From: an uncultured Candidatus Saccharibacteria bacterium
GTDB lineage: Bacteria; Patescibacteriota; Minisyncoccia; Phycocordibacterales; JACOZG01
Reading direction: 5' to 3'
DNA length: 64,000 nucleotides
NCBI GenBank assembly: GCA_964648765.1
Contig: CAZYLF010000002.1
Coordinates: 144,684-208,683 of the forward strand
Positions 56,705 through 64,000 of the stretch are shown piece after piece. Both the position numbers and the translations under genes were made by a program. How positions within the stretch are numbered: position 1 is the first letter of the stretch; every line of letters begins with the position of its first letter. The notes below the pieces were generated by a model. It was given only the letters and a program-made list of their open reading frames with translations, was not told where the DNA came from and searched no databases.

Positions 56705-56867
56705 GCTTAGTGCCAGCTAAAGAAAACAGGGTAATGAAAAATCCTAAAACAAAAAAAATCGCTGTTTTAATTGAGTAGGGCAGACCGGAGAAGGGCAGAA
56801 CCATAACCAGAATTCCTAAAAAAAGATTGTGCCAATTTTTAATCCGTCGCGCGTCCATTGGCTTCAT
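56673..56867 (-). CDS. Hypothetical small 2-TM membrane protein
   Basis: 64 aa and hydrophobic. It overlaps the downstream gene start by 32 nt. Confidence 0.25.
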   Translation of the reverse strand: MKPMDARRIKNWHNLFLGILVMVLPFSGLPYSIKTAIFFVLGFFITLFSLAGTKLESDNEKLQS

Positions 56868-56878
56868 TATAGAGTAAA

Positions 56879-58126
56879 TTATTTAGTGAGCAAATTTTCG
56901 CCAACTTTGTAGGCCTCCCCCGCCCCCATGGTCATCAAAAGGTCACCTTCACTAAGTTCCAAACGGAGCGACTTTTCCGCTTCGGCAAAGTCGCTTACCG
57001 CCCGCGCCACCGATTTAACTTTATTAACTTCACTTGCGAGGATTTGATGATTAATACTTGGGTCAGAAGCTTCGCGCGCAGCGTAAATTGGTGCCACAAG
57101 CACTAAATCTGCTAAGGCCAAAGCCTGAGCAAAATCTGCCAAAAGTTGTTTGGTGCGACTATAGAGATGAGGCTGAAAGAAAATCACTAAGCGCTTATTT
57201 GGGTAAAGCTCGCGTACACCTTGGATAGTGGCCCGGATCTCGGTTGGATGATGAGCATAATCTTCATAAACAATAGCTCCATTAAACTCCCCTTTATACT
57301 CAAACCTCCGCCAAGCACCTCTGAACTTGTTGAGCGCACCTACCGCAACTTCTGCCCTAATCCCAAGCGCCTCGGCTACAGCAAGCGCGGCTTGAGCATT
57401 TCTTACATTATGCGCACCGGGGACGCGGAGTTTAAAATCTGTAGACATTTTTTGATACTCATTCTCCGTTATCACCTTTTCAGACTTGGCAGAGATTTCT
57501 GCAAACGCTAATTTAATATCTGTGAGATCTTTGTAATAATCCAAATGATCAGCGTCTATATTAGTGATCACTAAAATTTTTGGCGAAAGGTTTAAAAATG
57601 AGCGTTTGTACTCACAAGCTTCAACGACTAAGTACCCGACCGAACGGCCGTTCAGCCGGGCGGGATCACTCTTTCCAGCAATAAAATTTGTCCGCGTGCC
57701 GTCTTCTCGCAAGAGGAAACTGCCAATAATCACCGTTGGGTCCAAACCCGCCTCAATTAAAATTTGAGCAATCATGGCTGTGGTGGTAGTTTTGCCGTGT
57801 GTACCCGAAACAGCAATGGTGAATTTTTCTCGCGAAAGTTCGCCAAGAGTTTCAGGATACGTTTGGCATTTAATCCCCTCTTTTTTCGCTTCCACTAATT
57901 CTGGATTGTCTGCAGGGATCGCGATGGTGTGCACCACGAGCGTGGTGCCCGCTTCTACATTTTCTTTTTTGTGCTCGAAGTTTATTCGCGCGCCTAATTT
58001 AATTAACTCATCCGTCACCGGTGAGTGTGACTGATCTGAGCCGGTGACTTCCGCGCCTTCCAAAATCATCATCCGGGCAATTGCCGACACCCCAATCCCG
58101 CCGATGCCAATAAAGTGGACTTTTTT
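56879..58126 (-). CDS. murC: UDP-N-acetylmuramate--L-alanine ligase
   Basis: Motifs HFIGIGGIGVSAIA, GTHGKTTTT and DADHLD are present. The start is trimmed to MKKVHFIG. Confidence 0.85.
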   Translation of the reverse strand, partial: KKVHFIGIGGIGVSAIARMMILEGAEVTGSDQSHSPVTDELIKLGARINFEHKKENVEAGTTLVVHTIAIPADNPELVEAKKEGIKCQTYPETLGELSREKFTIAVSGTHGKTTTTAMIAQILIEAGLDPTVIIGSFLLREDGTRTNFIAGKSDPARLNGRSVGYLVVEACEYKRSFLNLSPKILVITNIDADHLDYYKDLTDIKLAFAEISAKSEKVITENEYQKMSTDFKLRVPGAHNVRNAQAALAVAEALGIRAEVAVGALNKFRGAWRRFEYKGEFNGAIVYEDYAHHPTEIRATIQGVRELYPNKRLVIFFQPHLYSRTKQLLADFAQALALADLVLVAPIYAAREASDPSINHQILASEVNKVKSVARAVSDFAEAEKSLRLELSEGDLLMTMGAGEAYKVGENLLTK

Positions 58127-58192
58127 CATTATTTCGCTAGTATAACAGGCGGGTAGGACATTGAACAATTCTCTTTTTCAGGGAGGTAGATA

Positions 58193-59050
58193 ATGACAAT
58201 TGATGTTGGGTTGAAGCCCACAAAAAGCGTCGAATTATTTAAGGGTATAGCAACTGTTCACGCTTTCGGGCGCGAGACAGGTAATTGGCGAATTGGCGAC
58301 TTTACGAAACCAGAGAACTTCAGGCGAGTCGCAGAGTTAGCGCAAAAATTTGGAGTAGACACTGTGTGGTGTCCACAAGCATCAAAATTCAACGCCACGA
58401 TAGCCAAACCAATTTCTTTTGGGCCCTGTGACCTTGATGATAACTACCAACATGAGATTGCTGGCATAAAAGTTATGAGAGGTACCGAGGCCTCCGGCTG
58501 TGTGGTGAGCAAAGGTGAAGCTTTTTTTATGGCCACAGCTGACTGTCCGATAATGGTGGTAAGAAATACAATTGGCAAAATCGTGTGCGCTCATGCCGGA
58601 CGTGGTGAGTTAATTGATCCAGCTTGGGTGGAAAACGGCCGACCGAATTATCACCGCAGGTTTGAAAGCGTTGTGGACGCAATTGTGTCTTACTTTGGAT
58701 CTTGCATCAAACAACTTGAAATCGCGTCTGTTTTCGGTATTCGTCATGGTCATATTCACTCGGTGAATGATCCTAAGTATGGCGACTTTAATTTGAAGCT
58801 TCGCCAGTATATCCAAGAACGTTGGGGGGCTGAAATTATTTGTTTCAGCAGGGATGAAGAATTTTTGATCCAGAGATTGATCGGCCTACAGTGGCGCTCT
58901 CGCCACTCAATCGACGATAGACAAATTTGGTGTGACGAGGTCTGCACTAAAACCGATATAGACAACGAGAATAACTTCCGCTGGCACAGCGTCGCGCGTG
59001 GCGACAACAAGGGAGAGCGCAATGGTATTTTTGTAATCGTAAACAAATAG
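58193..59050 (+). CDS. pgeF: Laccase-domain protein of the YfiH/PgeF family (DUF152, peptidoglycan editing factor / purine nucleoside phosphorylase-like)
   Basis: It has the Cys/His triad context GCVV...ATADCPIMVV...CAHAGRGEL. A GGGAGG Shine-Dalgarno-like sequence lies 9 nt upstream. Confidence 0.5.
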   Translation: MTIDVGLKPTKSVELFKGIATVHAFGRETGNWRIGDFTKPENFRRVAELAQKFGVDTVWCPQASKFNATIAKPISFGPCDLDDNYQHEIAGIKVMRGTEASGCVVSKGEAFFMATADCPIMVVRNTIGKIVCAHAGRGELIDPAWVENGRPNYHRRFESVVDAIVSYFGSCIKQLEIASVFGIRHGHIHSVNDPKYGDFNLKLRQYIQERWGAEIICFSRDEEFLIQRLIGLQWRSRHSIDDRQIWCDEVCTKTDIDNENNFRWHSVARGDNKGERNGIFVIVNK

Positions 59051-59100
59051 GAGAAAATCAAAAGCCCCGTGATCGCCACAAGCGACTACGGGGCTATTTT

Positions 59101-60432
59101 TTATTTCAATTTTTTAATTAAATTATCAAACTGCTCACCGCGATCAAATTCGTTTTTAAATAAACCAAAAGATGCAAAAGCTGGAGAGAGTAAAATTGCA
59201 TCACCTTTTTTAGAAAGTTTAACTGCTTCACTCACCGCATCCTTCATACTATTAACCACTTTTGAATTTTCATTTTTAATCTTATCCGTTCCCGTCCCTG
59301 GCAACCAAATTACCTCTTTACAATATTTTGGCAAAGCTTCAACCAACTTACTCATATCTAAGGTCTTGTCTGCACCTCCCATTATTAAAATAATGTTCTT
59401 TTTATTTCCCAGGGCTTCTAGAGCTACTAAACCAGCCTCCGGTGTAGTAGAAGTAGTGTCGTTATAAATTTCTCTCCCCTTCCATTTCCGCACCAATTCC
59501 AAACGTCCAGGTACACCAGCAAAATTTTCTGCAACTTTTTTAATTATTTTTTCTGGCACATTAAGTGCCTTAGCTGCAGCCACAGCCAGTGCTGCATTGT
59601 ACCTATTATGTACCCCCGGCATTTTTAACTTCCAGTTTTTCGGCAAATCATTTAAACCAACAACTATTTTGTTTTTTACCCCGACCATTTTTTCCATCTG
59701 ATTTCCGGCAATTAATATATCTCCTTCTTTTTGATTTATATAAATCTTGGACTTATCGGCAAAATAGGCCTTCATGCCTGCCCGAATATCAGGCGGGTCA
59801 CCTTTATAATAATTTAAATGATCAGGGAGAAAGGTGGTAAAAACAGCAACATTGGGACTAATCCCCTCATCACCAAAACCTTGAAGTTGCCACGAGTCGA
59901 GTTCCATCACCACAATGTCATCTTTCTTTAATTTTTTAAGTAAAGGTAAAGTTGAAACTCCGCGCACATTACCACCCAGAAAAACTCTTGGATTATTTTC
60001 TTTAAGAATTTCGTAAATTAAATGCGTAACTGTGGATTTGCCTCGCGTGCCAGTTACACCCACAATTTTTACTCCATGATCCATCGCAATTTTGGCAAAC
60101 CACGATGTGCTCATTTTTACTTCAATGTTATTCTTTCGCGCCTCGGCAATTTCTGGCGAGTCTAAGGGCGTGCCAGCTCCTTTCAAAATATAATCGGCCT
60201 CGCGAAAATCAGCCAAATCATAGGCGCCAAATTTAAAAGTGATATTCGAGTAACCTTTCAATTTATCAACCGAAGGTTGCATCACACTTTGCGGTGCGTC
60301 ATCAACCACCAAAATCTCCGCTCCGCACTCAGCTAAAAAAGCGGCATCCCCCACCCCACGACCAAGTAACCCAATACGCATTTGGGTAACTTTCTTCCCC
60401 GTAAAATACTTTTGATATTCAGACTTTTTCAT
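59101..60432 (-). CDS. murD: UDP-N-acetylmuramoylalanine--D-glutamate ligase
   Basis: Motifs GVTGTRGKSTVT and DDIVVMELDSWQL are present, plus a C-terminal Mur ligase domain. The alternative start MRIGLLG is at 60381. Confidence 0.85.
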   Translation of the reverse strand: MKKSEYQKYFTGKKVTQMRIGLLGRGVGDAAFLAECGAEILVVDDAPQSVMQPSVDKLKGYSNITFKFGAYDLADFREADYILKGAGTPLDSPEIAEARKNNIEVKMSTSWFAKIAMDHGVKIVGVTGTRGKSTVTHLIYEILKENNPRVFLGGNVRGVSTLPLLKKLKKDDIVVMELDSWQLQGFGDEGISPNVAVFTTFLPDHLNYYKGDPPDIRAGMKAYFADKSKIYINQKEGDILIAGNQMEKMVGVKNKIVVGLNDLPKNWKLKMPGVHNRYNAALAVAAAKALNVPEKIIKKVAENFAGVPGRLELVRKWKGREIYNDTTSTTPEAGLVALEALGNKKNIILIMGGADKTLDMSKLVEALPKYCKEVIWLPGTGTDKIKNENSKVVNSMKDAVSEAVKLSKKGDAILLSPAFASFGLFKNEFDRGEQFDNLIKKLK

Positions 60433-60434
60433 AG

Positions 60435-60518
60435 TGGGCGAGAGAGGATTTGAACCTCCAAGACCTTGCGGTCACACGCCTCTGAAGCGTGCGTGTCTGC
60501 CAGTTTCACCACTCGCCC
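60435..60518 (-). tRNA. tRNA-Leu (anticodon CAG), class II with long variable arm
   Basis: Folded by hand. It has a 7-bp acceptor, a 3-bp D-stem with G18G19, the anticodon loop UUCAGAG, a variable stem-loop GACC-GCAA-GGUC, the T-loop TTCAAAT and discriminator A. CCA is not encoded. Confidence 0.8.
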
Positions 60519-60530
60519 GCCCCCATTAAG

Positions 60531-61397
60531 TTACCTGGGGAAAGTAGGTTGAGGGAAACTGTTCATCATGCGATTTAACTCAGCTCCCTCATTTCTTATT
60601 CCTTGATAGAGAGGTAGGGCTACAAAAATTCCCATGAGCAAACCCGCAATGAAGAGGAAAATAGCAAAAAAGGTAAAAACTGACTTTTGTCCGCTCGTAG
60701 GATTAAAGACCATATCCTTTTTAACTTCCCTAAGATTGGTGAAAATCAAAAATAAATATAATGCACCAAGAGGAGCAAAGAATATCCAAATTAATCCGTT
60801 TATGATCTCTGCGAGATCTTTACTTACAATACTTAATAGTGCGGGGATTATGGCGATGACTAACGCGATAAAAAGTATAAATAAAAATCTACCAAAAACT
60901 GGCCACCAATAACCTCTCACATATTCTCTACTTTTAATTATTGCTCTCATACCCCTTTCACCTTCCACCACAAAAACAAGTAACGCAAAAATAGTCCAAA
61001 CAAAAAATACTATTCCAGGGATAATAAGAAGCATTGAGGCTCCACCAACAATCAATGCGGCCAAAATGGAGATCCAGATAACTGAGTGGAGTTTACCCCA
61101 AGCCCGGCGATACGACTCTTTAAAACCGATCCCCTCATCACGATCTTTGATTGCGTAAATGAGTGCCACCTGACTCCAAATCTGGAATAAAGCAGAAACA
61201 AATCCAACTAAAATCCCCAGGACAATCAAAATAATCAAAACAGTTGCATTTTTAATTAAAAGCGCAACGCCCGACAAGACTCCGCCAAGTAAAAGTGAGA
61301 CCAAAATCGGAAGCAAAGCGACCCCTAAATAAGTACCAATTCTGTTTTTATAAAGACCCCAAGCTTGACTAAGTGTTGCACCAGCGCCGTTCAACAT
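60531..61397 (-). CDS. Hypothetical polytopic membrane protein (about 6 TM)
   Basis: 288 aa and highly hydrophobic. No family is recognised. Confidence 0.4.
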   Translation of the reverse strand: MLNGAGATLSQAWGLYKNRIGTYLGVALLPILVSLLLGGVLSGVALLIKNATVLIILIVLGILVGFVSALFQIWSQVALIYAIKDRDEGIGFKESYRRAWGKLHSVIWISILAALIVGGASMLLIIPGIVFFVWTIFALLVFVVEGERGMRAIIKSREYVRGYWWPVFGRFLFILFIALVIAIIPALLSIVSKDLAEIINGLIWIFFAPLGALYLFLIFTNLREVKKDMVFNPTSGQKSVFTFFAIFLFIAGLLMGIFVALPLYQGIRNEGAELNRMMNSFPQPTFPR

Positions 61398-61432
61398 GTT
61401 TTTATTTTAAATATAAATTATTAATATTTCTG

Positions 61433-61505
61433 TGCGCGCACTAGGGGTCGAACCTAGGACCTTTCGAGTATCAGTCGAATGCTCTACCAACTGAGCTATG
61501 CGCGC
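61433..61505 (-). tRNA. tRNA-Ile (anticodon GAT)
   Basis: Folded by hand. It has the acceptor GCGCGCA/UGCGCGC, the D-arm GCUC..GAGC, the anticodon loop CUGAUAC, the T-arm CUAGG-UUCGACC-CCUAG and discriminator A. It is 73 nt. CCA is not encoded. Confidence 0.85.
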
Positions 61506-61734
61506 AAAAGCATGACAGAATATAGCAGAAATGGTAACTATAAACAAGAAAAAACTGCCGAGCCACACTTGCGTGCGCCCGGCAGTTAACCCCCCTTTTC
61601 TTTAGCAAAGTCCAATGTAAATCACCACGGCTAAAACAAAAATGCGGTAATCCTCATTAAAACTTTGAGAAAGAAATCCCCCAAGCTTTGCGATTGCCAT
61701 CGCATTACCCCTTTGATTTGGTGGCCGAAAGTTT

Positions 61735-62154
61735 TTACTTAGCTTTTTGGATTTTCACCCAATAGCCAAGGGTCGACTTCTTTTGCCAACCTTTCGGCCC
61801 ACCGTTCCAAATACGCGCCCGATCTTGGTCTGTGACCTTTCTTCCAATCCTCGCCTCCGTGGCCCAGATAGAAAGATAGAGTTCACAGACCTTTTCCGAC
61901 AACTTTCGGTTACCGAGCATTTGCTCAGCTCGGTACTTGGTACCGAAATGACGATTCACATCGTCACACACCGGTTGCCGGATCTGATGCGAGCCATAAG
62001 CTGGCTCACTCAAATTTTTGTCGCCAATCGCCCAAATGTTGTTACTCGATTCTACAATCGGTATTACAACTTTGATGAGCTTATCGGCGGCTTTCGTCTC
62101 CGACGGTCCCGAGATGGCGATCCCCGCCACCAACGCGAAAAAGCCCTTATTCAT
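61735..62154 (-). CDS. Hypothetical small secreted protein (possibly lysozyme-like). It is located between the 16S rRNA and tRNA-Ile.
   Basis: The track ORF 61735..62202 (GTG start) is trimmed to the ATG (MNKGFFALVAG..), which is preceded by a consensus AAGGAG Shine-Dalgarno with a 6-nt spacer. It has a signal-peptide-like N-terminus. The lysozyme-like call rests only on a loose resemblance of the C-terminus to lambda-type lysozymes. Confidence 0.35.
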   Translation of the reverse strand: MNKGFFALVAGIAISGPSETKAADKLIKVVIPIVESSNNIWAIGDKNLSEPAYGSHQIRQPVCDDVNRHFGTKYRAEQMLGNRKLSEKVCELYLSIWATEARIGRKVTDQDRARIWNGGPKGWQKKSTLGYWVKIQKAK

Positions 62155-62389
62155 GGCTTTCTCCTTCCCTGTAAGGACCAAGCTACTATCCGTAGTAGCC
62201 ACCTTATATAATTATATCACACTAGTATTAAAAAAGCAAGTCCCCTAATTTATAGATATATTATCCTTTCTTTTGTCCTGTTCACCTCGTTTTGCGAATC
62301 GAGGAATCGAATGCATTGATTGTATTGGTAATAGCATCATCACCTTAAATCGACTTTGGTCTCTGTCCGAAAACAGAAACCGTTTTTCA

Positions 62390-63862
<1,473 letters not shown>

Positions 63863-64000
63863 AGCAAAACCTCTTTTTCAAGAGATTTAATTAAACAGGA
63901 CAAAAGAAAAAACAATATATTAACTTAACCCCGCACCTTGCGGGGTGTACTTTTTATTAGTGGATCTTTCTTTCTCAATTTTCAATGACCTCTTTGCCTG

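Noticed and set aside
61747-62211. 154-aa plus-strand ORF between tRNA-Ile and 16S
   Set aside because: It is the Arg/Pro-rich antisense frame of the more plausible minus-strand secreted-protein gene, which has a signal peptide and a consensus SD.
63863-64000. Hairpin CCCCGCA-CCU-UGCGGGG about 70 nt upstream of the 16S 5' end
   Set aside because: It may be a leader processing stem or an upstream terminator. Orientation and function cannot be decided from the sequence alone and no gene is upstream within the window.

Overview
This is a 64-kb, AT-rich bacterial chromosomal window. Several traits point to a Patescibacteria/CPR-like organism, by inference only: short intergenic spacers, most inspected start codons lack a Shine-Dalgarno sequence, the 16S rRNA has divergent primer sites and is not followed by a 23S, the genes are small, and there is a giant surface protein with LVIVD repeats. 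Reading from position 1 onward, almost everything is on the minus strand.

(i) A pentose-phosphate/glycolysis block: transketolase N-terminal subunit, rpe, rpiB, two membrane proteins, gapA.

(ii) A ~2.4-kb GC-rich insert-like region (about 4150-6575). It holds small secreted/membrane proteins and about 1 kb of ORF-poor DNA. That DNA is organised as minus-strand promoter/terminator modules, including a duplicated ~60-bp terminator-promoter cassette that brackets candidate non-coding transcription units.

(iii) gatB, which carries a perfect 44-bp palindrome in frame, followed by murB.

(iv) A co-oriented cluster of secreted or cell-surface proteins: a PKD/FN3 protein, an Ig-like lipoprotein, a Gly-rich protein with a peptidoglycan-binding domain, and a 2974-aa giant protein. 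The giant protein has about 184-aa N-terminal repeats packed with N-X-S/T sequons, LVIVD beta-propeller repeats, and a Pro/Thr-rich tail. At the DNA level the N-terminal repeats appear as near-identical 552-bp tandem copies.

(v) A lone HlyD-type adaptor, then secA.

(vi) A ~27-kb glycan/glycoprotein-biosynthesis island (26.9-53.6 kb). It encodes a Wzy_C/PglL-like membrane protein with TPR repeats, a Wzx flippase, NeuB, two CMP-sugar cytidylyltransferases, and two TagF-like proteins. It also has at least five SAM methyltransferases and glycosyltransferases of GT2, GT4 (x5), GT13-like, exostosin-like and GT39/ArnT-like families. Further genes are a cupin, an MDR dehydrogenase, a glucarate-dehydratase-like enolase, and one GC-rich and therefore probably foreign gene.

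(vii) A VirD4/TraD-like ATPase and a DUF4015-like glycoside hydrolase.

(viii) murC, a pgeF-like gene (+ strand) and murD.

(ix) tRNA-Leu(CAG), a membrane protein, tRNA-Ile(GAT), a small secreted-protein gene, and a 16S rRNA gene. The 16S 3' tail lacks the CCUCC anti-SD.

No CRISPR array, integrase, transposase or reverse transcriptase was seen. Five candidates stand out as novel: the promoter/terminator-delimited non-coding units in the GC-rich region, the surface-protein glycosylation hypothesis, the palindrome inside gatB, the 16S lacking an anti-SD, and the recombining giant-protein repeats.
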